Shown here: one piece after another, positions 36,197 to 51,200 of the stretch
Position numbering within the stretch: the stretch's first letter is position 1
Layout of the letters: every line of letters begins with the position of its first letter
Assembly: GCA_977020255.1 (NCBI GenBank)
Contig: CDROCS010000457.1
Coordinates: 372,001-436,000 of the forward strand
Origin: Obrimoposthia wandeli
Taxonomy: Eukaryota
Direction: 5' to 3'
Length of the DNA: 64,000 nt
Made by a program: the position numbers and the translations under genes
Notes under the pieces: model-generated
Databases searched by the model: none
What the model was told of the DNA's origin: nothing
Seen by the model: the letters and a program-made list of their open reading frames with translations, nothing else

Positions 36197-37159
36197 TATG
36201 CAACCTAATCTTACAAACAAAATACTCCATTTTTAACAGAAAATAATAAATTCATTATATCAGTTAAATAATCAGAAATATTTCCGTGTACAATTATAGA
36301 AGATTGAAAACTACCAATATAAAATCTTTTATTTTCTGTAAAATCTAAAAGATTTACAAACAATTAATTATATTTGCATTTTTAATTTTTATTTAAATTT
36401 CATTTGTCGTTCTAATTTTTGTAATTTGATAACTATCATATTATTAATCCCATTACATAATGTACTCATTATCTAGTTTTAGGAACTTTTTAAGAAAATA
36501 TACGATTTTTAGCGTATAGATTAACTTTAATTTTATTTGATTCATAGTTTTACAAATTATTGTTATTTTTATAAATATAAAATATAACATATAGGTATAT
36601 ATCCTACGTGAATAAAATTATCACATCAATAATTTAAAATTAAAAGCGTCTTTCTAGATAACTCTTTTTGAAGTTTGTATTCGAATATTTTAAAAGAATA
36701 CTAAAATCAGATTTAAATTTGATTTTAGTCAAATGTATATTTTAGTATATTTATAAGCAATCCAACATACTATTTCATATAGTGCTATTCAAATGCACCA
36801 AATTTAAAAAAATTCTCTAATATGGTATTTTTCATAGAAATTCTTGAATATGAATATTTTCAAAAACCCTTAATATGTATTAAAATGATTGAAATTTCTT
36901 ATACGAAGTGGCAACTAATTATAAAAGCTGGTACCTGAAACTACTTTAAAATAACAATTATATTCCTTGAAAAAACTCAAGAAAACAAAGACAAAACGTT
37001 CTTACACAAAAATATAATAAATTATTCAAAATGACCACTTTAATTAGCTATAAACTTGATGTTGACCCAATTTCGAAATGATTTTTCAAAGTATTTTGTA
37101 TTTTCAATTTATGTTTAAATTTAGTTTTTTATTTCATTTATTGAGTTGAAGTCATTACT

Positions 37160-37385
37160 AGAAGGTATGAATATAGGAAAAACACATTCTGTTAAATCGA
37201 GTGTATGAGCATATTCTGTCGTTTCTATATAGAAAAAAAACACATTCTGTTAAATCGAGTGTATGAGCAGATTCTGTCGTTTCTTTACGTTCAATCAATC
37301 TATTTACACGATCGGCTTCCAACAAGTTTCTCAGATTGCGGTGACAATGAGCTGGTGCTCCATCTTCTTGGAAAACCATCTCTCA
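37160..37385 (-). mobile_element. Tc1/mariner catalytic fragment with a 58-bp tandem duplication
   Basis: FQEDGAPAH and a degenerate SPDL-type segment (HTLDLTECVFF); AACACATTCT at 37181 and 37239. Confidence 0.65.
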
Positions 37386-38036
37386 TCCATATGTTAAAAT
37401 AAAGAAATTGAAAAATAAAATAATAACATAAATATTTATAGACAAGGAATAGCCTTCTCAGTGAAGGTTATAAAAATAAATAAAATAAAAATTATAATTA
37501 AAATAAATTATTTTAATTAAAAAACTAAGTGGATTAGGATCTGTAAACAATCATGTAAATGTTTTTATAAGTTTACAAAAATGTTAAAAGAGGTCCATAG
37601 AAGAAATAAGAAAAAAGCCAGCAAGAAGTGAAAATTAAGAAAAAAATTCAAACTAAGGGAAAAGTTTACATTTACAGCGAAATCGCGAGTTTCTACATTA
37701 CAGTCAGCAACTGTAAACATCAGGCCGATCAGCTTTGGTATATAGGTGTTAACAGTGAATTGCTACCTAACGTTTTAGAATCAGCACATTAGCGAAAAAC
37801 GAGAAACATAATGTGACCACCGGAAGAATACAGGACCGGCAATATACAACATAGATGACTACACGGACATCATTGAAGAAAGAGATAACCGAGGAGATTA
37901 CGGAACCGTCAATATACAATTTGAGGACTATACAGACATTATTGAAGAGACTATTGATCAGCTACCATTTCGGACGAATCATCATAGCCTCGACGAGGAC
38001 AGATGAGATCAACCTTTGACAGGAGACTACGGAACA

Positions 38037-38132
38037 TAATTACCAATCCTAATCAATATTGAGAATTTTTACATTACTTCAATTTAATTACCAATCCTAA
38101 TCAATATTGAGAATTTTTACATTACTTCAATT
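38037..38132. repeat. Perfect 48-bp tandem duplication
   Basis: TAATTACCAATCC starts at 38037 and 38085. Confidence 0.9.
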
Positions 38133-39218
38133 TCATCACTTCACTCATTTCGTATTAATTAAAGAATAGTTAAACTTTCACAGTTTGTAATTAGTATTAT
38201 GTAATTAATGAGTTAAAGAACAGAACAGCTTTTAGATTTGTTGTAATTGAATCAATATTTATATTTGTGATAATTGTTGATTATTTTAAATTTTATGTTC
38301 ATATCTACTACCCAAAATACACATTCTAATCGAATGCCGTCAGTGTGATATTCTTGAATTATTTCTACGATAGAAAACATAACTCATATATATATAATAC
38401 AAATATGATTGAAAAATGTCATATCTTATTTACTCAATTTAAGAAGATATTTAGTATTTTCATTATGAAAATAAGAAACTGTTTATTCGATTTAGTAACA
38501 TATTTGGTATTTTAACAATTAATATAGGTTTAATTAAATAATCATAACACATAACATATTGGATAACAACTATGGGAATACTATTAATGATAATAATATC
38601 AATATAAGATAATATGTCATTCTAAAACCAGTTTTAAATAATTTTGAATTTGAACATCAATAACTGTTACAAAATTAATTAAAACTTGAAAAAATCCAAA
38701 TCAATACTATTTATATTTATTTATATGAAAATATAACTTATTTATTAATATAACCAACATACATAATTGAAAAAAACTTTCAAAACCACTGTCGTTTTAA
38801 ATTTTTACTTTAAGACCATTTAAACAAAATCAATTTGACAATTATATTTCAAATGTTCTCAAGTTTTAAAGGTACTTAGCAGTTATGAATGACATAAGGA
38901 AATCTTATAATAATTTACCTTAATTAAAACTTTACAATTTTAATATTCAGAGGTGTCTAGTTGGGATTAGTCCCTTGCGATTAGAAATCAAATTCGAAAT
39001 GATACAATAGAAAATTTTCTTAATCAGAATTATGAAAACTTCTCGAGGGTGATGAGATGACAATTAACCGTGGACACAATTCTAAATGGAAAAGAAACAA
39101 GTTTAAAAATGTAAACATAGAAAAATTTTAAAGCAAGTAAATGACAATTATTTGAGGCTACGAATAATTATTGAGGTACCCTGGCGAGAAATGTATCTTA
39201 ATCGATTCAATTGAGGCG

Positions 39219-42200
39219 TTAGTGATGCCGCAGGGACTGCACGAACTGGTCACCATCGATGTGCCGAAAATAAGAGTTGTGATCATCCTCCAGCACTGAC
39301 TGTTGGAGCTGTCGAATATCCGCTTCCAGTCGACGGCGCATGTCAGTCCGCAACTTTTGCAACTCCTACAGCGAGCAAGGAAGGTGAGCGGTAATACAGA
39401 AATTTTCCTGTAGTAATTAATATTCTAAATTTGCGGACCCGGAACGGTCATCTTAGTGACTTAAAGCTACAACTTTCTGATTTTTAGAACCGAAATTTGT
39501 CGTGAAATTTTAAACTATAGTTTGGATATATTGTCAAATTGTATTCTGACCTTAAGTTTAATTTTATTCCGATATATAGTTTTACCACTAAACTGTATTT
39601 GAATATATTGACTGAATAAGTTGTGTTCAAATATATTGAGCTCAAATAAATCTCGAATAAAATGAGATAACTTTGATAAAATCTATTGAAACAAATCATA
39701 TTTTAATAGCCTCAGATGAAGAATAACTAGGTTAGCCATTTCTGCAAGACTATATTTTTAAGAACTCATGTGCTAGAGGCCTCCATAGAGAGGTACTTCA
39801 ACTCCAACACCAACATATGAAACCGGACATCAGAAGGGAGCGTATGGTCTACGTGTTTTGGGACGGCAAATGTGTGTTGTTTTTGGGCGTTCTACTCTGA
39901 AATGAATCGTATCAAGAGAGAAATATGTGGAAAACGCCAGTGACAAGTATTCTACCATCTTATTATAATGTTGCCAAATATCTGTATATAAAGTAAGGGA
40001 TGGGAATATTTTGATGAAGCTTCACATGGATTACAGGAGTTTTTAGATGATAGCTCTGTCCATTTTAATGTTATTGCAATTATTATGACAGTTAAATTTA
40101 AATTGAGATTGACTCAATACCAATTTGGGCCCTTAACAGTGATTTATTCATTGCGTTTGACAATAAATGGTTAATATTTTTTAAAGATTGTAAGATTCTG
40201 ACAACAATTGAAAGTGGGGAAATACACAAATGTTGGTTGGCCAGAACTGGTAAAAAAAGTCCCATAAAATGGCATGTCAAAGAGGGAAAAGCTTAATAAA
40301 CTTCACTTAAATGCATTTCCACATCATCCTAACCCTAATCCTAACCTAAACAACCAATCTGTGACAAATTCTACAATCCAGCAGAAGAAATACTTGACAT
40401 TGAAAACTGAATCAATATCTAGTTCATAGTTAATTTTGAAACCTCTTTCTAAATTCACCAAACAAGTGGAGAAATACATAACAGAGAAAGGTACGTAATT
40501 ACTGTTATACTAGTTATAAAATATTCATATATTTACTTCAGATTAATAAAATGGGTAAGAGAAACATATTCATAGATGAAATGATTCGAAGCCAGATGTT
40601 ACAACGTTCGTGAATAAGCATGTTGTGAAGATTTAATGAGTCGTAAGAAATTTGTGCATAATTTATAACGTTATTGTAAAACATGAGTATAAGAAATATA
40701 AATTTTGATGTTAATTATTTTTTGTCTTACTTATGTTAACTTCAATTAATTTCTAAAATATTAACTCAACATATCTGGTGGGAAATTTTCTAATAGCTTT
40801 CCTCTTTGTAGTTTACCTGTGTTATTACTGCCTAGCCATTTTACTACAATTCTGTAATAAATGACCACGCGACTTGACTTGTTAATTAAATGTGTGTAGT
40901 AATAACGTATGTTCTATACTTATCATTGTTATCAAATTTGTGTTGTTATTAACTGTTTTTTGTTGTAAATGGGCAAAACCTTTAAAAACTAACTGAATTC
41001 CTTTCTCAAGACTAATTCCCGTCTAGCATACATGCAAATAAATACTCTTTTCAATAAACACGATTGTACGAATTGAGAGTTTCTTTAATATATTCTTAAT
41101 AATTAATCGTATATGAAGCTTAATTGTTATTTTGAAATTCATTTATCGTTATCAAAACATTGGTAATGTTTAAAATTTTTTGTATCAAAAAACAAAAGTT
41201 GCAATTTATTGGCTAACACAGTCCGGAAACTCACGTGCTCCTGAGATCTGTCTTGTATATCCAGATCCTTTCTCTCCTTCTTCAGAGTCTCCGCAAGCAT
41301 CGAGAACCGGTCACGATAACTGTGGATTATTTAGGTTAGAAATACTTTTAGTCATACACACAGTCGATCCCGCTCAATCCAACCTCATGCAGAGAAGTAA
41401 GCTTTCTTAGCAGATTTTAGGGAGACTTGGCATACAGTTCTGGAGCTTTTGCAGCTTTTAAAGCCCGACCCTATTTTTAGAAGACAAATAAACCGGAGTG
41501 AACCTAAGCAGTAGGATGTGATCATTTGACCACAAGGGAAAAGATACCCCCAATGTTCTCACTTTTTGATAATATCTGATTTTGTTGTAATGCATCACTC
41601 ACTTGAGACGTGCTCGGATTCAAAAGTAATTGCTCTGACAAAGTAAGTGTTTATCCTTATTGTTCTGACTTCGTGTAGGTGTGTATTGATAAGCGTCCTA
41701 TAGTACGTATGTTTTAACAATTTAAATAACCTAAATGCAAAATTAAAAGTCGATTGTTTAAGAAATCAATTTTTCGATGATGTCATCATTAAACGGACGT
41801 ACTATAAATCAAATACTTCTACTTACTTGTTTTCCTTCAATATCCGCCCTCATCTTTCCATATCCAAAATAGTGTTAATCGTATAATTTAAAATCTTCGT
41901 ATATCTAAAAAAAATTAAATTGTACGCTTACTCGACATATTGTTAATCATCTTTTGTAATCATAAAATCATCATATAATCTTTCCATTTTATTCATATGG
42001 TCTTACAACTTGAAAATGCGACAAACTTTTATAATTAAAAAAACTATGCATTATTTTTTCTTTCAAAATAATGAATTATATGCTTGTCAGGTGACTATTG
42101 ATTTGATATCATATACATTTTTAATACAATTCAAAAAGTGTTAAAGAAGTTACATTACATTCTTTACGATGAAGCATTTATCTATGAGGTATCGATACAC

Positions 42201-45200
42201 CATAATATCTGATTTTTATAAGAAACCTCAAGAACAAGGCAAGTATAAGATAAGAATCTATATCCATAGTAAACACATGCAGACAATTAAATTCCCTGTA
42301 GCAATACATCGTAAGGTGTATTCTACTTCATGTAGGAACGACGAAAAACGGTTAATCACTTTGTATCGATGGATTTAGAAAGGAGTCTGATATATAGAGT
42401 GATAAAGAAAATAGAAGAAGAAAAGCCTCTTTCACAAAAAGTGCGAACAGGACGAAAAGCCATCAAAATTTCTGGTTAAAAACATGAAGGACATATTGGT
42501 ACATTACAGACAAAGATGACAAGCAAGTTTGGAATCAGCTAGCAATACGTCAAAAGATTCTTAAGAAGTCAAGTAAGAGAATGCCTGATCCCAAAATAAA
42601 TGAAATACTAAAGTAGCGAATCAAAGAGAGTTGTAGCATACTGAGAAAGAATGAACTAAAGTTCACAAAAAAAAATCCCCATTAACAATTTTCCATAAAA
42701 CTCTTACCTACAAAGTATCTCACAAAGCTGCCACTATCAAAGTCTCCCATAAATCTGCCACTCACAAAGTCTCCAGAGCCTCCATCTGGCGCACCCGCTC
42801 CGCCTGTCTCAGACCCGCAGTATCACGGGAAAGTCTCCTGGCTTCGCGCAAGCGATCCCGCTGTACAGCCACAGCCGCTCTCACAGTAGTCCGGAAGACA
42901 GTCTCCTCACGGTCCCGTCTGCGCAGTGCTAGTGCCTTATGGCCGCGACATGCCTCGTCTCTGGCTCGTCTGGCTCGCGCCATCTCCGCTCGTCTGCGCT
43001 CCTGCTCACGTCTTGTGGCCGTTGCTCTCTTGCGCTCCTCCCGCTGTGTCCGTGCTCGCTCTTCTGCTGCTGCCTCCCGACCCAGAAGCTCCGCCAGATC
43101 CCGCTGTCTTCTGGCCGCCTCCATCACAGCTGTCAATGGCTTTGCTTCGCTTCTGGGTCGCCGTACTTGCTCCAACTGCTGTGCTGCAAATGACATAGAA
43201 AAAAGCATAAACACAACCCCAACTACACCTTAATAACATTGAAACATAGAGAAAATGAGTGATCATGAAAGAAATAGCATATATTGTCTCTATTTAAAAT
43301 ATGCTGCTATAAAATCTGTAATTGGTGCACATTTTTCAATTTGCTTTAAGTGGGAATAAACTTTTACAAACAAAGGAACAAAGCCTTAGATGTTTAAAAT
43401 TTAAAAAATCAATCAATGTTTAAAAAAATCTAGATTTTACTTACCCTAAAATCCCTATTATAGTGCACGCGTTATATAAAGATACAAGAAATCCCATTTT
43501 ATTAAAAATAGACGATACACATTATGCATGGAGGAATCATAAAGAATCCCCTACATCGCATATTTAGAGCTGCTCCAATACTTTTACAAATGCAGTTTGA
43601 ATTTCACTAATTTCCCTTTAATTGTCATTGTCTTCTTCAAGGTCGTCGTTAACATTTCAGTCTTCAACGCTATTGTCGATGGATGGTTTATCAATTATTT
43701 TAGCCTTTCAAAAGCCACTAATAATGCGGGTAGTCGACACATCTTCCCCAGTCTCAAAAATCCATTTACAGACTGTTAAAAAAATATTTCCTTTCGTTAT
43801 TTTACTCTTTCAGTGAACGAATGGAAGACATTGATCTTAAATTTTCCTCCTTTTTTGGAATTATTGGCCTCGAAATGTTTGTTAACAGATATGCCTAATT
43901 GCTGAAATATCTTGGTACGGCCTCCAAGTATGACTGCAATAGAGGAATGCCCTTTTGTAGTCTACTTTCCTCGGTCCGTCAAATGGGATCGTTTGAAAAC
44001 TGTATCAGATAAATTTCCCGATATACTTCAAAGTCACCGAATGAATATCTCTTCAGTCACACATTCTTTTTCATTACCCTCTACGATAATTCCTTGAGGA
44101 CAGTTTTCTTTAAGCATAGGTTTCCTACCAAATTCAATGTCTTTTCTGTTTTTAGCATCAATACTTATTCTTGGTTTAATTATGGTAAGTTAATGTGAAG
44201 CCATACCTTAATGAAACCGTTAAACGAATAAATGTAGTATGTGATGCTAATTCAGTCAGTCCTCGTGTGATACAACTATCATTCCAAAATTAAAGTGCAG
44301 TGTTAATGATATGAAAGAAGCTACAGATGGGACTGACGAAATATTTGGGAACAAGAAAGTTTAAAAATCGCAGAACATAGTGACAAACATATAACAGTTA
44401 GAGGATTGACATAAATATTTAAATGTTCTCATCTATGCATTATTGGTAGATTAATATATATTGGCATTACAAAGAAATTAGACTATTGGGTACCACATGT
44501 ATTAAATGAGAAAATTGTGTTGATCGCATAAGCGCATACACTAATTTGTGGGTTAAATGAAAAAGAGAAGGATCCTTACACAGAATAGTATCGGATGTAT
44601 GATTTGCAGAAAAGAAAGTCACAATTTCAACAGCTGCTATCTTTTAAAGAACCCACATTAAATTTCAAGAGTACTTTGTTTAACAGAAGAAGTGGGAGAA
44701 AATAATGAATATTTAGAAGATTGTAATAGTGGCGACATGGTAATACATTATGTCAATCGGGGAAACGTAAGCGATCACATTGCTCACATTTCGTTTGTGG
44801 GATCGAGCATATAGAACCAAAACGTAATGAAAATATGTATATGAAGAATGATGGTCGTGAATGGAGTATAATGAAGATTAATGATGTAGATGTGGAAATG
44901 CAGTGGGACTCCGGAGCATCAGTTACTGTAATGAGTAAGGATTGTTGGAAGAAAGTAGGATGTCACAAAATGAGAGAGAGTAATTTATATCTGAGTGGAG
45001 TTTTTTCGAATAATCATCAACTGCCCTTAGGTAGGTTTAATACTAAAGTGTTAAGAAATAGAAAAGATAAAGTTTTGGAAATAATAGTTGTAGGAAAAAA
45101 TTAAACCAGATTTTGTTGGTGGAATTGATGCAATGAAAACATTCGGGATAAAGCTGCTGGAAGTATGTAATTTGGACTGGTCTTGAATTATGAAAACGTT

Positions 45201-48200
45201 TTCCTCAAAAGAAAGAACAGATAAAATATGTAATTCTTTAAAATGCGATAGACTCAATCCTAGGATTTTATATTGAGAAGTTTGGAAAAATATTTAAGTG
45301 TTTTACATTTGATTTAGTATATACCAAAACTGTCTCCTATAAAATTGAGACTATGGCTGATACAATTTGACAACCAATGCATTTAGAAAACCAAGTTGAT
45401 GATATGATTGAAAATTTATTCAAAGTAAACGTAATCTAGGAACTCACCATTGGTCATTTTGAAGAAGCAAGAAAATACTATTCGAATATGTGTTGACTAC
45501 AGATATTTAAATGCTGTAATCAAGAAATTTACATTTCTAATACCTGATGCACAACTCTTGTCGATTGTCTGGGTGATGCAAAAATATTTACGATACTAGA
45601 TATTGGACAAGCTTATTACCAGGTAGATGTAGAGAATGAGTCGCAGACATAAACTGCCTTCAGTACAAAACTGGGACAATTTTGTTTCAATCGGTTGTCA
45701 TTTGGGGTGACTACAGAACCTGCAACATTTCAGTTTCAGATGCATAAAATATATTGGATGGTTTGCTGTCCATTGGAAGATATTCTTGTTTATAGTAACA
45801 ACTAATAAGAACATTATAAACTATTAAGGGAAGTATTCAAAATAATTGCAGCAGCAGGCCTCAAAATAAACCCTAATAAATCCTACATTGGTAGACTACT
45901 TGTGTTTTATTTGATTAATTATCATGGATTTAGTATAATTGATTTGGTTTATGATTCATGAATTCAGTAGAATGAAAGTATTTCAATATATTTACAAGTT
46001 CTCATCCATGGGTTGTCACTGATAAGTAATTTCATTGATTTTCATAAGTATTTTCATTGATTAGGATTAGAGATTACCAGTCATGTAATTACATGAGAAT
46101 AATTAGTACTATAAGTTATTCTCACATATACTGATATATCGATTCTTGATGTAGACTGTTCTTAACCTGTATATGTTTTCAAATACTTGCACAATCAGAA
46201 CACACACACACATCTTTACATACATTTATGTCCAAATATAGACATGTACACATGCACCAACTCCCTTGTTCTTGTCATCCAATTTGAAGCTTGCAATATT
46301 TTGCAAATACTTGCATCAACCAATCAGAACATGCACATCTTCACATATATTTATGTGCAAATATAAATATGTTCAGCAAATTATCTTAATTACCCCGTTA
46401 TTTTCCTCTTAACTAGCACAAGATTTCCCTAACTACCATGGGATTATCCTAACTACCATGTTATTTTCCTATCCTTAAACCACTCAACTACCACGACATT
46501 TTCCTAACTACCACGAGATTTACCTAACTACCACGATATTATCCTAACTACCACGATATTATCCTAACTACCACGATATTATCCTCTAATCATCTAAAAT
46601 GACTTATAATAATCTGGTTCAAAATCATTGTTCTATGTATGAAATCTAATCTACATCTTAAGCAATCTGGGAGTAATTCTTTGGATAATGAGTCCAATGG
46701 AATCCTCCTATAACCTTCTAAATATATCAAATTGGGTGAACATATCAATAATCTCTCTAGAATCACATAAATATCATAGATTTCCTGAAAATATCAATTA
46801 ATTCTCTTATAGAAGCACTTAAATATCATAGATTTCTCGGATATATTATACATTTATCTTCTAGAATGTGCCAAATATCATGAATTTCCAGGACATATTA
46901 TTGGTTTCTCTTATATAATCACTTACATATCATAGATTTGCTGAAGATATCTTTATTTTCTCTTATAGAACCAGTTAAATATCATTGATTTCCCTGAGAT
47001 ATCATACATTTCTCCTTTAGAATCTGCTAAATATCACGAATTTCCTGAAAACATCATTAGTGTTTCTTCTTGAACCATCTAAATATCAATAATTTCCTAG
47101 ATATTTCATTAATTCTACCGCTAGAACAACCTAAATATCATAACTTTCTCTGAACATATTATTACTTTCTCTTCTAGAATCACCTAAATATTGCAAATTT
47201 GCTAGATATATCATTAATGTTTCTTCTAGAAATACCTAATATCACTAATTTTTGTGACCTCTTGTAAACAAAATGATAAAAACAGTCTTCTTTGTATAAT
47301 AAAGTCTTCCAATATTATTTTCTAAGATTGTTAAGTATATTCATTAATAATTCATTCAGGATACTTTCATTTACTTCCATTTAATTGATCTGGGTGAATC
47401 TTTAACCGGTGAAAATTGGGATTATCAAAATATATTCACCCTCAGAGTTAATAATAAATGTTGATTGATAAATATCCTTCACCCGCGAATTATTCAAGCA
47501 TCACATTGGGAACAATTCCATAGTAGATCCTGCTGTAAAAATATGAAAACGCACCCAATCCTATGATAATATCTTACCTGGAGAAGATATTGATGAGTTC
47601 AGTTATTGGAAGTAGTCTTGTTGTAAGCACATCTGAATCCAATAAAGCCACATAAAGAGATTCATACTTTCTCCACCATATTGATCACATTTTGCTGGAA
47701 GTTATTGATTGGTGAACATTCTCTGATATCATCATATGGGCTAAATTTTCAATAAGCCTACTAAACTGAATCAAATACACACTCCATCAATGTGTGCTGT
47801 TCCCTAAATTTCTTCAATCAACTGAAAAATTCCAAGCAATGCTAATACATATTAGTAAATCTCACATAATTTCTTCCCTAGAACGTCCTAAATATCATAG
47901 ATTTCCTGGACATATCATTAATTTAGTTTTTAGAACCACATAAATATCGTAAATTTCCTGAACATATCATTAATTTCCTGAATACATCAATACTTTTAGA
48001 ACATAATATAGAACATATAGTTGTTATTATGATAAACAATATCGATACGGAATTGAAAAAGATAGAGATGTAATGTTTTATAATTAGATTTTTGTATATA
48101 CCTTGTATTTCTTGTAAGTATTCAGACACACATGCACACACACACAATAGTCTCTATGTTCTATTTTCCTTGTTCTGTCAACTTGTAAATTTTTGTAAGT

Positions 48201-51200
48201 ATTTACACATACACACATACAATATTACTATAGTATATTTGTTATATATTTTTGTAAGTTTTCACAGACATACACATGCAAACGATATTACTATAGTTTA
48301 TTTGTTATATATTTTGTAAGTATTCACACACACACACATATATACATACACGTACAATATTACTATAGTCTATTTCCTTTCTCAATCAACTTATAAAATT
48401 TTCTAAGTATTCATGCATGTACACACACACTCACACACACAATATTACTATAGTCTATTCCCTGCTCAACCAATCTTCCAGCAATCAGAAGACATTCCAG
48501 TGGATTACTATACTCCAATTTCTCTTAGCTAAGTTTGCTATATGTGTTATATTTCCTTGCTCAACCAATCTTCCAGCAATCAGAATACACCAGTGGATTA
48601 CTATACTCCATCCTTCTAGGTATGTTTACTATATTTGCTATACGTTGCTATAAATACCCCGTTGATATTTAGTATCTACTTTAGCTATAATTTTCTAATG
48701 ATAGTAATACATAACACTTTGTAACCATGATAAAATCGATGAATACAAGCTATATTGATAAATTATTATCAATAACCTTAGTAGTCTTATGATATATATA
48801 TATATATATATATTCCAAATTTCAATACTACATTAGAAATATCAATACCGTAATTGAGATTTAATAATTGTAATCAATAACATGCAGAATATTGATCTAT
48901 TCTTAATTTCAGTTTAACATCTGAGATTTCATAGTTTCTTTAGAAAACATAGTATGTTGAGACGAGGAGAGAAGATGAAGTTATGAAGAGATAAGATGAA
49001 GTGTTATATATCTTGTTATGATGCAGAAAAATCACAAATACTTGTAACCATAACAAACATATATTTGAATTTGCGGGCATTGAAATTGATGCATTAAAAC
49101 AAATTTTTGATATAATGTAGTAAAATCACTATACATGATCAGCTTTACACATGTAATTAAATATCTGGTATTAAACACATACAAACTTACACATACATAG
49201 TGATTTTAAGGACAACGAAAAAACCAAGCAATTCCCAATTTTAAACATGGCTGGTAAATTTATCAGAATTAAATTTGAAATTTGAACATTGTAAAGGTAT
49301 TGACTATGGTAATCCCGATGGCATGTCAAGATTGAATGAAACAGTATGTGCTCAGTGTGAAACTAAACATATAGACACACAAGAGAAGAGATCTAAAATA
49401 TGATGCATTTACTCACTAAATGAAGACAAATTCTTGAGAAAGATAAGAAAAATACAAGAATAAATTCACATGAAAGAATGAAAAATTTTCCTCCAACTAG
49501 AAAGTAAGGATTTATCAGATGAATGCAAAATAAGTTGGATTTAATAGATAAAAGAAAAACTTAAACTCTGCGTTTATATCCTTTAATTTGAACATTTTGT
49601 TACAGATTTAATTGTCATACCTCAGAAAAAGCAATTGAAATTATTAATGAAATTCACCAATATCTGTGTCACCTAGGAATGCAAAGGTTTATAACTATTT
49701 GAAAGATAGCTTCTATTTGAAAAGAATGTTTCAAGAAATAAAAAAGCGTATTAAAAGGCGTTTATTGTGCTAAAAGAAAAATTGAAACAAGCAGAACAAA
49801 ATAAATATATATTCCTACAGTCAAAGAAAAAAATTATATCAAATAGTTGTCGATATAGCTCACATGAATGAAGATCTAAAAAGAAATATATGTTGATAGT
49901 AATCGGTCAATTTAGTAAACTGGTATCATTATCAGCAACTACAGAAGAAGATGAAATAACAATTACTAAAGCACTCGAGACAAATTGATACATACATTTG
50001 GGAAACCTAAGAGCATTTAAACAGATAGAGGACGAATATTTACTGTAAATTATTTTCAGAATTGGCTACGAAAATTTTGTATTTATTAGGGGCTTACAGC
50101 ATGATATCTACATCAAGCTAACGGACTAGCGGAAATAGTTATACGCACGGTACGAGATATGCTTGTTACGACAATAGCGTCTATTGAAACAGGAAAATGT
50201 TGGCACGATTTAAAACCACAAATTAAATGTTCTATAAATGGATCAGTAAATAGTTCTTGAAAACATCCACCGTTTGAGGTCATTTATGGAAGAAAAAGGA
50301 AAATACAAACATCAAGTGCAACAATAAATAATAAAGAAGATATCATTCGAGACGTAAAGAAGAACCAACAAAACACAGCTGAAAAGTTAAAGAAATTAGA
50401 TAAAGAAAAGAAGAGGAAAAAGTATATTTAAAGTAAATGAAAAGGTGCTTCTTAAAAATAATTTTTGAGTTTACGACAAGTATTAATTTAGTTTCCAAGA
50501 GGAATCCTCTCCAGGAGAATCGAATGGCTGAAGAAAAGCAAGGTAGAATAGTTAAAGGAAGAATTAAACGTAATTAGAATCCTGAAATATCCTACCGAGA
50601 ATTTCTGTTCATAAAATCCCTGTATACATGTATAAATCTTGTGTATATAGAGTCTGACTGTTTTGAATTATGTCTACGATGGAAAATTAAGGATTTATTA
50701 TAACAATTTATATTAGAATCTATTAGAATACATATGTGAGACCAACCTGCAAGGGTCCACATTTGGCGCATCGTCTGCTCGCTGACCTCGAGACCAGGAA
50801 ATTCTTCTATCAGACGACCAATAAGACCACCGTTCTCGCCTACGCGGGATCGCGGTGTCCAGTCGCGGTTCGAGCCACTTCTGGCTGCAAGAAATATAAC
50901 ATAACTGACGAAGAAATCGTGGAAAAACATAGAAGTAGAATATATTAAGATCATTATCAATCAAAAAAAATTATCAATTAATATATTAGGTTGTTGCAGA
51001 ATTAATTTCGTTTTTCAATGTCAGAATTTCAATGCATCTTTATATTAGTTTTATTAAATCAAAATTTGTACTGGTATTATTCATTTCTTGCGCCTTTATT
51101 AAATTTATATATGTAGAACGATTTTATAATTTTTATATTAGAAATGGTAACTCAGAATTTGGTATGGATCCGAACTAAAAAATTGATTATTTGTATGAAT

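Noticed and set aside
40327-40350. CCTAACCCTAATCCTAACCTAA telomere-like tract
   Set aside because: Only four imperfect units in AT-rich DNA; too short to call an interstitial telomere.
41180-41410. Plus-strand ORF resembling an integrase zinc finger
   Set aside because: It is antisense to CEP95 exon 41319-41235, which has exact splice phases and a conserved sequence.
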